Assembly (NCBI GenBank): GCA_903934875.1
Contig: CAIZPP010000177.1
Location: forward strand, 17,344 to 81,343
DNA from: an uncultured Methylococcaceae bacterium
Lineage (GTDB): Bacteria; Pseudomonadota; Gammaproteobacteria; Methylococcales; Methylococcaceae
Direction of reading: 5' to 3'
DNA: 64,000 bases
A program made the position numbers and the translations under genes. Of the stretch, positions 1-7,574 are shown piece after piece. The stretch's first letter is position 1. The number at the start of each line of letters is the position of its first letter. The notes beneath the pieces are model-generated. The model had not been told where the DNA came from. It searched no databases and saw nothing but the letters and a program-made list of their open reading frames with translations.

Positions 1-37
1 ATGAAAATGGTGTAAGAAGCATGGAAATATCTTTATG

Positions 38-157
38 TACAGCGTTTTCATCTTCAAAATATACCTAAAACTGATATTCAGTCAACCCTTTAGGTAAACC
101 GAATAACCTGCGTTATCATACCCACTGCCAAGTAACTCTTTGATGTTGAAAACGCTG
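38..157. repeat. MITE-like repeat, family 1, about 118 bp, with terminal inverted repeats 'acagcgttttcatctt' ... 'gatgttgaaaacgctg'; copy 1
   Basis: Near-identical copies at 563-680, 1589-1710 (inverted), 4953-5060 (inverted), 10486-10603 and 63664-63781 (inverted). The termini are perfect inverted repeats. Confidence 0.8.
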
Positions 158-163
158 AAGAAA

Positions 164-340
164 TTAAATTCCCAATTGCTTGCGTATTAAGTCACACAAG
201 CTCTCTTGGATTTCTGGATGCCGTGGAACTGGCGCTTGCCTGCCGGTTTGCGGATTGGCAAAGATATCGTGCTTTTTTCCGTGTCTCTTCAGAAAGCATC
301 CTGCACCGGTTAGTTCGCGGATGAAATTGCCGGTTTTCAC
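164..340 (-). CDS. hicA: HicA-family toxin (mRNA interferase), GTG start overlapping the hicB stop
   Basis: Frame translation gives VKTGNFIRELTGAGCFLKRHGKKHDIFANPQTGRQAPVPRHPEIQESLCDLIRKQLGI, matching the HicA pattern (KGSHH...HP.....VPHP.KDL..GTL..I.KQ.G). The GTG start overlaps the TGA stop of the upstream HicB-like gene. It was missed by the ORF track because of the GTG start. Confidence 0.65.
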   Translation of the reverse strand: MKTGNFIRELTGAGCFLKRHGKKHDIFANPQTGRQAPVPRHPEIQESLCDLIRKQLGI

Positions 341-540
341 GCGACTTCCAACATGATTTCCTTGAATTTCGATTCAGGATGCTTAGCCTCATCTTCAACC
401 ATGAGTGTATAGGCCTCGGCAATATTTTCTTCCAACTCAACCAAGGTTTCTCCTTGGGAAAAAACACCTGGGACTTCTTTTAATTTTCCTACATACCAGC
501 CATTGTCTAACCAGTATTCGAGAGTGAAATTATGTGTCAT
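337..540 (-). CDS. hicB: HicB-like (UPF0150) antitoxin
   Basis: 67 aa, MTHNFTLEYWLDNGWYVGKLKEVPGVFSQGETLVELEENIAEAYTLMVEDE; typical HicB/UPF0150 fold signature (ViPE/GCFSQGETLEEA). Confidence 0.7.
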   Translation of the reverse strand: MTHNFTLEYWLDNGWYVGKLKEVPGVFSQGETLVELEENIAEAYTLMVEDEAKHPESKFKEIMLEVA

Positions 541-562
541 GGAATATTCTCCGTTGGCTATT

Positions 563-680
563 CAGCGTTTTCATCTTTAAAATATACCTAAAACAGGTAT
601 TCCGTTAACCCTTCAGGTTAACCGAATAACCTGCGCTATCATACCCACTATCAAGTAACTCTTTGATGTTGAAAACGCTG
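563..680. repeat. MITE-like repeat, family 1, copy 2, same orientation as copy 1
   Basis: About 95% identical to 38-157. Together with copy 1 it brackets the hicBA module. Confidence 0.8.
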
Positions 681-713
681 TTTGTTTCTTCGACCAGCGG
701 CAATAAGACTGCT

Positions 714-1124
714 TTAACGCCCAAAAAATCGCCCTTGCACCCAAGCCCCGGCGAATATCCCCGCCAAGGCCACCAGCAATGGCCAATTGCCAGAACCCAG
801 GCCGGCAAATGCAGGTCCAGGGCAAACGCCGCATAAACCCCAGCCTAGCCCGAAAATCGCCGCACCGCCTATAGTGCGGGCATCCAGCACGGAAGCATGC
901 TTGGCAAAGGCACTTCCAAACAAGGGTTTGACCAACAATCGCGGTGCGAGTTGGTAGGCCAACAGGGCAACCGCCACCGCACCGCCCAATACCAGCAGCA
1001 AACCAAAGTCTTTAAACCTTAAGAAGCTCAGCACGACTTCCGGGCGGACCATGGCGGATAGGGACAAGCCGAAGCCAAACAGCATACCGGCGACCAATGC
1101 CCAAAATAATTGCGTGAGTTTCAT
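714..1124 (-). CDS. YeeE/YedE-family inner-membrane protein (putative sulfur-compound transporter half)
   Basis: Hydrophobic and glycine-rich sequence with a GLCGVCPGPAFAGLG motif. Its ATG overlaps the stop of the upstream paralogue (ATGA). The track ORF 714..1400 was trimmed to the internal Met (MKLTQLFW). Confidence 0.65.
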   Translation of the reverse strand: MKLTQLFWALVAGMLFGFGLSLSAMVRPEVVLSFLRFKDFGLLLVLGGAVAVALLAYQLAPRLLVKPLFGSAFAKHASVLDARTIGGAAIFGLGWGLCGVCPGPAFAGLGSGNWPLLVALAGIFAGAWVQGRFFGR

Positions 1125-1588
1125 CAGGAACCTGCTAGCCATGCTACCAGTTGAGCGGTAGAAATACCAGTCGCCAGAAATGTCAACACAGCCAGCAACG
1201 AGGGCAGGCGCAGGGATGCCAAACCGCAGATGCCGTGGCCTGAGGTGCAGCCTTGGGACAAGCGTGCGCCGAACCCGGCTAAAAACCCGCCCAACCCAAG
1301 CTGCCACAGGGGCACAGAGGTCTGCCAAGCGTGTGCCCCCGACCATGCCAGCCAAACGACACCGCCAAGCACTAGCCCGGCGGCATAGGCGAGTCGCCAA
1401 TCACGGCTGGCGATGAGATTGTGCTGCTGAAAGAAAGGCTGTTTTGAAAAATACGACCATGTCGAACTGTACACCGTGCTCATGCCGCCGATGAGGCCAG
1501 TCGTGATGTACAACAGCCCGACTGCTGCGCCGATGATTAAGCCACCGACTAAATAATGGACAAAACCGTTGGGAAAGAATTGCATCAT
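1124..1588 (-). CDS. YeeE/YedE-family inner-membrane protein (first half of a split pair)
   Basis: 154 aa with a GCTSGHGICG motif and multiple transmembrane segments; family-1 MITE copy 3 abuts its start codon. Confidence 0.65.
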   Translation of the reverse strand: MMQFFPNGFVHYLVGGLIIGAAVGLLYITTGLIGGMSTVYSSTWSYFSKQPFFQQHNLIASRDWRLAYAAGLVLGGVVWLAWSGAHAWQTSVPLWQLGLGGFLAGFGARLSQGCTSGHGICGLASLRLPSLLAVLTFLATGISTAQLVAWLAGS

Positions 1589-1710
1589 ACAGCGTTTTCA
1601 ACATCAAATAGTTACTGGATAGTGGGTATGATAGCGCAGGTTATTCGGTTAACTTGAAGGGATAACTGAATATCCATTTTTAATTTTAAGTTAAAGATGA
1701 AAACGCTGTA
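1589..1710. repeat. MITE-like repeat, family 1, copy 3, inverted orientation
   Basis: Reverse complement of copies 1 and 2. Confidence 0.8.
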
Positions 1711-1730
1711 CATACAAATTTTTCCATGCT

Positions 1731-2075
1731 TCACATCCCCTGTGTTGATTTGTTTCCTATACCAATATTTTCCCTAAGAGGAAGCGGCCAGTTGAAGAAT
1801 GTGGAAGTGAATATAAAGACAGAATATGTAACTAGAATCAAAAGAAATGACTCAACCATAACTTTTGAAGGCCATCTAAATAATGAATTTTCTGCTTCGA
1901 TAAATTTAGAAAATATCACTATAAAGCCGAAGCCAGCCGTCAATAAATCAACCTTGAGCAAAGCAATAATAGGAATAATTGATATGACACCGGAGACCCC
2001 TAGGGCGTATTTGACAGAAGGAACTGCTTTGATAGCAGTCCTTAAAACTTCAAGAACATTTACTCGAATTGTCAT
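1731..2075 (-). CDS. Hypothetical small membrane protein in an AT-rich islet (very uncertain)
   Basis: ORF in low-GC DNA directly downstream of the orphan HicB-like gene; two hydrophobic stretches; no recognisable family. An overlapping plus-strand ORF (1726..2094) is equally possible. Confidence 0.25.
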   Translation of the reverse strand: MTIRVNVLEVLRTAIKAVPSVKYALGVSGVISIIPIIALLKVDLLTAGFGFIVIFSKFIEAENSLFRWPSKVMVESFLLILVTYSVFIFTSTFFNWPLPLRENIGIGNKSTQGM

Positions 2076-2162
2076 TTTTCGATTTCCCAAATAGGATTTG
2101 TCTGACAACGGTGTAGGCGGTGAGTTTAGCGAACGTTGCTGTTCGTTCCTCATTGCATGTTT

Positions 2163-2576
2163 CTATGACCTTAGTGAATGCCGCTCAACATACTCCAAGG
2201 CCGCTTTCGCCAATAAACCCGAGCGGCTATCACCCAAACGAACCGCTGCTTGGTCGATGGTAGCCAAGACCCGCTCCGGCAAGGTGATGTTTACCCGTTT
2301 GGCTTTGCCGGATAATTTGGACACGTCCACGTCCACCACCGCCCAAATCCAGTCTGCAAAGTCGGGATGGGTTTGATACTTAGTAATGGGAGAGGCTTCT
2401 GGAATAGGATGCTCGTCCTTAATGACGGTCTCCAGCCACAATTCGATGACTTTTTTAGACTTGGCTATCGCCCCATCCAAGATGTCACCAGCCGAGAAGC
2501 AGCCCGGCAAATCGGGTACAATCACCCCATAGGCATGGGTTTCATCTCCAGTTTCAACCGCTATTGGATATCTCAT
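2163..2576 (-). CDS. HicB-family antitoxin with a C-terminal ribbon-helix-helix (RHH) domain; orphan, with no adjacent HicA
   Basis: MRYPIAVETGDETHAYGVIVPDLPGCFSAGDILDGAI... (HicB_lk_antitox pattern); C-terminal RVNITLPERVLATIDQAA...LLAKAALEYV resembles an RHH/CopG fold. Confidence 0.65.
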   Translation of the reverse strand: MRYPIAVETGDETHAYGVIVPDLPGCFSAGDILDGAIAKSKKVIELWLETVIKDEHPIPEASPITKYQTHPDFADWIWAVVDVDVSKLSGKAKRVNITLPERVLATIDQAAVRLGDSRSGLLAKAALEYVERHSLRS

Positions 2577-2626
2577 TGCAAACCTGCTTGCTTCAGTAGT
2601 TGTATTATACCTATTGCGCACATCTT

Positions 2627-2893
2627 ACAGCGTTTTTATCTTAACAAACTGATGTTACGCAGTCATCGCTAGAGGATAGCAACTTGTGGAGTGCGGCGAC
2701 TCGTCGCCGCTGGACGCAAAAGGCGGCGACGAGTCGCCGCACTCCACAACATCTGGGCTACAGCCTACACGGTTGCGTAACATCAGTTAACAAAGAAAAA
2801 TAATAATGAACACTCAATCAAGCCATCCTGTGTGTGAATTGCTTTGCAAAAGCATATAACTTAACAAGTAATGTGTGATATTAAAAACGCTGT
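2627..2893. repeat. Composite repeat: family-1-type termini enclosing a family-2 palindromic element (2641-2793)
   Basis: The outer ends 'acagcgtttttatctt' ... 'gatattaaaaacgctgt' mimic the family-1 terminal inverted repeats. The inner element has 21-bp terminal inverted repeats (ttaacaaactgatgttacgca) and a central perfect hairpin (tggagtgcggcgactcgtcgccgc ... gcggcgacgagtcgccgcactcca) containing the nested palindrome gcggcgactcgtcgccgc. Confidence 0.75.
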
Positions 2894-2957
2894 AAATGGA
2901 TTAAAATGCAAAGATTAAACCAAGCATCCAACATCACTATGCAATCCGTGTGGACAC

Positions 2958-3506
2958 ATGAACCTATTGGAAGAAATCAAACGGGTCGAGCGCGAGGCCG
3001 AACTTTTATATTCCGAAGCCCAAGTTGAATCGGCCATTGAGCGCGTGGCCTTGGAGATTGCAGCGCGTTTGGCGGAAAGCTGCCCGGTCATCCTCACCGT
3101 GCTCAACGGTGGCATCATATTCTCGGGGAAACTCCTACCGCGCCTGCGTTTTCCGTTGGAAATTGACTCCATCCAGGCGAGCCGCTACCGTGGCGCAACC
3201 AGTGGAGGGCAAATACAATGGTTGCTCAAACCCAGCTTGTGTTTAGCCGGAAGGACAGTGTTGCTGGCGGATGACATCTTGGACGAAGGCATCACCCTTG
3301 CGACCATCAAAGAATGGTGCAAGGAGCAGGGAGCAAAGGAAATATTCATTGCCGTTCTGATCGACAAGCTTATCGGTCGGGAACGCCCCTGCCGGGCTGA
3401 TTTTGTCGGTCTGGAAGCGGAAAACCGCTATTTGTTCGGCTATGGCCTAGACTACAAGAATTACCTCAGAAATGCGCCCGGTATTTTTGCCTGCACAGGC
3501 TTGTGA
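2958..3506 (+). CDS. hpt: Hypoxanthine-guanine phosphoribosyltransferase
   Basis: 182 aa with the PRPP-binding motif VLLADDILDEGITL and a 6-oxopurine PRTase layout. Confidence 0.85.
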   Translation: MNLLEEIKRVEREAELLYSEAQVESAIERVALEIAARLAESCPVILTVLNGGIIFSGKLLPRLRFPLEIDSIQASRYRGATSGGQIQWLLKPSLCLAGRTVLLADDILDEGITLATIKEWCKEQGAKEIFIAVLIDKLIGRERPCRADFVGLEAENRYLFGYGLDYKNYLRNAPGIFACTGL

Positions 3507-3523
3507 ATAGTGGATTTAAGCTT

Positions 3524-4261
3524 ATGACACTGACAGCCATCATCGGTGGCACGGGGTTGACCCGCTTGCCAGAGTTTGAAATTTCCCATAGGGAGAACAG
3601 GAAAACCCAATGGGGTGCCCCCTCGTCCGACCTCATCTATGGCAAATTCCACGGAGCGGACGTTGTTTTCATCGCCCGCCACGGGGAAAGGCACACCATC
3701 CCCCCGCACCGGATCAACTACCGCGCCAATATTGAAGCGCTAAAAGATGCCGGGGTCAGCGCCATCATCGCCGCCGCTGCCGTCGGGGGAATTCGCACCG
3801 ACCTAGGCCCAGCCAAAATTGCGGTGCCCAGCCAGATCATTGACTACAGCCACGGACGTGCGGGCACTTTTTTCGAGGACCACCTAGCCCATGTCACCCA
3901 CATAGACTTTACCCATCCCTATTCGCCCAGCTTAAGGGAGAAATTGCTGGATGCCGGTTTCCGGGCCGGGATACGCGTGGTCGATGGCGGTGTCTACGCC
4001 TGTACCCAAGGGCCGCGCCTGGAAACTGCGGCTGAAATTGTGCGTATCGAGCGGGACGGCGGGGACATGGTGGGGATGACCGGCATGCCCGAGGCGGCCT
4101 TGGCCCGCGAATTGGCAATCGATTACGCCTGCTGCGCCATTGTCGCCAACTGGGCGGCGGGCAAGTCCACCGAGGAAATCAGCATGGCCGAAATAGAGCA
4201 CAATCTGCTGGCAGGCATGGCCGATTTTGCCAGATTGTTGGAGTGCTTGTTTAAGCCCTAG
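3524..4261 (+). CDS. mtnP: S-methyl-5'-thioadenosine phosphorylase / purine nucleoside phosphorylase family 2
   Basis: AIIGGTGL...VVFIARHG..H.IPPH..NYRANI...GV..II...AVG phosphorylase signature. The ATG at 3524 is preferred; an alternative GTG at 3503 overlaps the hpt stop. Confidence 0.8.
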   Translation: MTLTAIIGGTGLTRLPEFEISHRENRKTQWGAPSSDLIYGKFHGADVVFIARHGERHTIPPHRINYRANIEALKDAGVSAIIAAAAVGGIRTDLGPAKIAVPSQIIDYSHGRAGTFFEDHLAHVTHIDFTHPYSPSLREKLLDAGFRAGIRVVDGGVYACTQGPRLETAAEIVRIERDGGDMVGMTGMPEAALARELAIDYACCAIVANWAAGKSTEEISMAEIEHNLLAGMADFARLLECLFKP

Positions 4262-4475
4262 TGGCCTTGGTCATCGTTCAGCCCAATTGCTAGGGCTAGC
4301 AGTTTGCGCTTTCTGGAGTGCGGCGACTCGTCGCCGCTGGACGCAAAAGGCGGCGACGAGTCGCCACACTCCACAACCTAGTTCTCCCCTCAAACCGCTG
4401 GGCTGAACGATAAGCAAGGCCGCCCTAGTTTTTGGCCTTACAGCGTTTTCATGTTTAAAAACCATTAATCTACAG
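4262..4475. repeat. Family-2-related palindromic element (variant flanks) followed by a partial family-1 terminus
   Basis: Contains the same core hairpin as 2678-2745 and 63371-63428, then 'tacagcgttttcatgttt...'. Confidence 0.7.
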
Positions 4476-4607
4476 AGGTCAAACAATGTCTTGGACATTT
4501 GATACCGTTAATATTCCTCCTGCAGGAAATGTTACGCTATAAACTGGGCAAGGTTCTGTCCATGGCTTCTTTCGGGAAGTTGTTTTGGCCAAATCCTAAG
4601 TTATAGC

Positions 4608-4895
4608 TTATAAACCCTTGCTCTCAAACAGGAGCACTTGGTCGGCAGCCAACCGTATGGTGATGGTTTTCGCACCCTTCCCCCAAGTGCAGCTTTTGAA
4701 GGCTAGCAGCGTTTCGCATTGGTCGGGTTCGCCGAGCAAGGCTACGGCTTCGTCATAACCCATGCCTATTTTCAGCTTGTCATAGTTTTCTTTGTTGACC
4801 TTGCTGCAGGCAATCAGGCTGAGTAAGGCGAAGCTGGTCAAGGCTATCAGCCAGCGGCGGGAAGGTTTTGGCGTTGTCATGGTTATTGTCTCCAA
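4608..4895 (-). CDS. Small lipoprotein (signal peptide with LIAC lipobox)
   Basis: N-terminal RRWLIALTSFALLSLIAC|SK signal; 95 aa. Confidence 0.5.
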   Translation of the reverse strand: METITMTTPKPSRRWLIALTSFALLSLIACSKVNKENYDKLKIGMGYDEAVALLGEPDQCETLLAFKSCTWGKGAKTITIRLAADQVLLFESKGL

Positions 4896-4898
4896 ATT

Positions 4899-5060
4899 TA
4901 CAGCGTTTTACAGCGTTTTTAATATCGAATAGTTACTTGTTTCAGCGTTTTCAACATCAAAGAGTTACTTGGTAGTGGGTATGACAGCGCAGGTTATTCG
5001 GTTAATCTGAAGGGTTAACGGAATGTCTGTTTTAGGTATATTTTTAAGATGAAAACGCTG
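4899..5060. repeat. Family-1 MITE copy (inverted) preceded by two partial terminal-repeat fragments
   Basis: 'cagcgttttacagcgttttt...' followed by a full inverted copy at 4953-5060. Confidence 0.75.
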
Positions 5061-5091
5061 TATGTGCGGTCAGGCGGGCTTGGAACCGCCC

Positions 5092-7173
5092 CTACACCTC
5101 TGCATATCTCGTCCCGTCGGACAGCCAGCGCTGCAACAATGGCTCCACTGCTTCCGGGTTGCGTTGCAGCAAAGCCTCGGCGGTCGCTTTGACTTGGTCC
5201 AGCATTTCGCTGTCGCGGGCGAAATCGGCAATGCGAAACTGCACCTGCCCGGTCTGGCGAATGCCTAACAGCTCGCCCGGCCCGCGCAGTTGCAAATCTT
5301 TTTCGGCGATTACGAAACCGTCGCTGGTATCGCGCAATATCCCCAAGCGTTGTTTGGCAGTCAGCGTCAACGGGGGCTGGTACATTAACACGCAAAAACT
5401 ATCGCCGGGGCCGCGCCCTACCCTGCCACGCAACTGGTGCAATTGTGCCAGCCCCAAGCGTTCCGGGTTTTCTATGACCATCAGGCAGGCATTGGGCACG
5501 TCCACCCCGACTTCGATGACGGTGGTCGCCACTAGCAAATCGACCGTCCCCGACTTGAACAAGGACATGACTTCTTCCTTCTCGCCCTGCCTCATACGCC
5601 CATGGACCAAACCAACGCGCACGTTCGGCAATGCCCCCGCCAAGGCGGCGGCGGTGTTTTCGGCCGCCTCGCATTCCAGCGCTTCGGATTCGTCGATGAG
5701 GGTGCAGACCCAATAAACCTGCCGTCCGTTTTTCACCCAGTCGCCAATGCGGGCGATGACCTCGGACCTACGGGTCGAGGGAATCACCGAGGTTTTAACC
5801 GGGCTGCGCCCCGGCGGCAATTCATTGATCACCGACACATCCAAATCGGCGTAGCCCAGCATGGCAAGGGTGCGGGGTATCGGTGTGGCGGTCATGATCA
5901 GTTGGTGTGGATAAAGCCCATCGCGTGCGCCCTTCTCGCGCAAAGCCAGGCGCTGGTGGACACCGAAGCGATGCTGCTCATCAATGACGATTAGCCCCAA
6001 GCGGTGGAATTTCACTTCCTCTTGAAACAAGGCATGGGTGCCCAGCACCGCCCCGGCGCGGCCATCGGCTATAGATTCCAAGGTTTCCCGGCGAACCTGT
6101 CCCTTGTGCTTGCTGGCCAAGTAGGCAACCTGCACACCGAGCGGCTCCAGCCATTGGCTGAAACTGCGGTAATGTTGCTCTCCTAGCAACTCTGTAGGGA
6201 CCATGAAGGCAACCTGGCAATCGGAGGACAATGCAGCAAGCGCCGCCCAAGCCGCAACGACGGTTTTGCCTGACCCCACGTCACCTTGCACCAAGCGCAT
6301 CATCGGTTTGGATACGGCCAGATCGGCTGTAATTTCCTCAATCACCCTATTTTGCGCCATCGTCAATGCAAAGGGAAGAGAACCTAGAAATTGCCGGGAG
6401 ACGGTTTCAGGTAGCCGCAAAACCGGGGCGGACTGCTGCCTCATGTGCGCGCGAAAGCGACTCACACTGAGATGGTGGGCCAATAATTCCTCAAAAGCCA
6501 AGCGCTGTTGCGCCTGTTCCAAACGCTGAAGCCCGACCCCGGCGGGAGGCTCATGCAACAACTGGACCGCTTCGGACAGTGGTGGGAGGGCCAATGTGGA
6601 GAGTAGTTCGCCGGGAATCCATTCATGCAGTAATCCCTGCTCTTCTCGGCACAGTTCCAGTGCGCGGCTCACCAAGGAGCGCAAAGTCTTCTGGTGCAAA
6701 CCCTCGGTCAACGGGTAGACCGGCGTCAGGCTTTGGGTGATGTTGCCGACTTCCTCGCCGCTAATGTGTTGATAGTCGGGGTGGACCATTTCCATGCCAA
6801 AATAGCCATCCCTTGCTTCGCCATAGCAGCGCAGGTGGGTGCCCGGCTTCAGGCGGGACAGTTGCTCACCAGTGAAATGGAAAAATCGCAAGTACAAAAA
6901 ACCGGTTCCATCGCTAATCCGGCAAACCAAGGAACGCCTGCCTTTGGCAATGACATCAGCCACATCCACTTGGCCCTCCACCAAGGCGTGTTCACCCTGC
7001 CTGACGCTTCCCAACGGAATCAGGGATGTCCGGTCCTCATAGCGGGCAGGAAGATGGAACAGCAGATCCTGGACTTTATGTAAACCCAACCTGCCAAGCC
7101 GCTCCAAAGTCTTGGCCCCCACGCCTTTGAGCGCCGCGATCTTCAACTGACACGGAGGCTCGGAAAAGGACAT
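5092..7173 (-). CDS. recG: ATP-dependent DNA helicase RecG
   Basis: 693 aa with a wedge/OB N-terminus, helicase motifs GDVGSGKT and DEQHRFG, and a C-terminal TRG region. Confidence 0.9.
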   Translation of the reverse strand: MSFSEPPCQLKIAALKGVGAKTLERLGRLGLHKVQDLLFHLPARYEDRTSLIPLGSVRQGEHALVEGQVDVADVIAKGRRSLVCRISDGTGFLYLRFFHFTGEQLSRLKPGTHLRCYGEARDGYFGMEMVHPDYQHISGEEVGNITQSLTPVYPLTEGLHQKTLRSLVSRALELCREEQGLLHEWIPGELLSTLALPPLSEAVQLLHEPPAGVGLQRLEQAQQRLAFEELLAHHLSVSRFRAHMRQQSAPVLRLPETVSRQFLGSLPFALTMAQNRVIEEITADLAVSKPMMRLVQGDVGSGKTVVAAWAALAALSSDCQVAFMVPTELLGEQHYRSFSQWLEPLGVQVAYLASKHKGQVRRETLESIADGRAGAVLGTHALFQEEVKFHRLGLIVIDEQHRFGVHQRLALREKGARDGLYPHQLIMTATPIPRTLAMLGYADLDVSVINELPPGRSPVKTSVIPSTRRSEVIARIGDWVKNGRQVYWVCTLIDESEALECEAAENTAAALAGALPNVRVGLVHGRMRQGEKEEVMSLFKSGTVDLLVATTVIEVGVDVPNACLMVIENPERLGLAQLHQLRGRVGRGPGDSFCVLMYQPPLTLTAKQRLGILRDTSDGFVIAEKDLQLRGPGELLGIRQTGQVQFRIADFARDSEMLDQVKATAEALLQRNPEAVEPLLQRWLSDGTRYAEV

Positions 7174-7190
7174 GCGAAGTCCTGGCTAGA

Positions 7191-7574
7191 CTAGCCTAGC
7201 ACCATCACTGCGTCCATTTCAACGCTTGCGCCTCGCGGCAGGGAGGCCACGCCGACCACCGCCCGGGCAGGAAAGGGTTCGGAAAAATAACCGGACATGA
7301 CTTCATTGACCAAGGCGAAATACGACAAGTCGGTCAGGAAGACATTCAACTTGACGAAATCGTTCAAGGAACCACCGGAAGCTTCGGCAACGGCGCTTAG
7401 ATTGTCAAACACGCGGCGGATTTGCGCATCCATGCTGCCCTCGACCATCGTCATGGTGGTAGGATCAAGTGGAATTTGACCGGAGAGATAAACGGTAGCG
7501 CCCACTTTAACCGCCTGCGAGTAAGCGCCAATGGCAACGGGAGCGTTATGGGTATGGATGATTTGTCTGCTCAT
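7191..7574 (-). CDS. ridA: RidA/YjgF-family reactive-intermediate deaminase
   Basis: 127 aa, ...[12 protein letters not shown]...GQIP...[15 protein letters not shown] typical RidA. Confidence 0.8.
   Translation of the reverse strand: MSRQIIHTHNAPVAIGAYSQAVKVGATVYLSGQIPLDPTTMTMVEGSMDAQIRRVFDNLSAVAEASGGSLNDFVKLNVFLTDLSYFALVNEVMSGYFSEPFPARAVVGVASLPRGASVEMDAVMVLG

Noticed and set aside
605-834. Small ORFs (67 and 73 aa, plus similar ones at 63498-63737) ending in ...NIKELLDSGY(D/V)SAGYSVNLKG
   Set aside because: They lie entirely inside family-1 MITE copies and recur only because the repeat recurs. They have no start context and are read-through of the repeat, not genes.
1726-2094. Plus-strand 122-aa ORF overlapping the minus-strand 1731..2153 ORF
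   Set aside because: It cannot be discriminated from the opposite-strand ORF in AT-rich DNA. Neither has homology, so only one is listed as a low-confidence feature.
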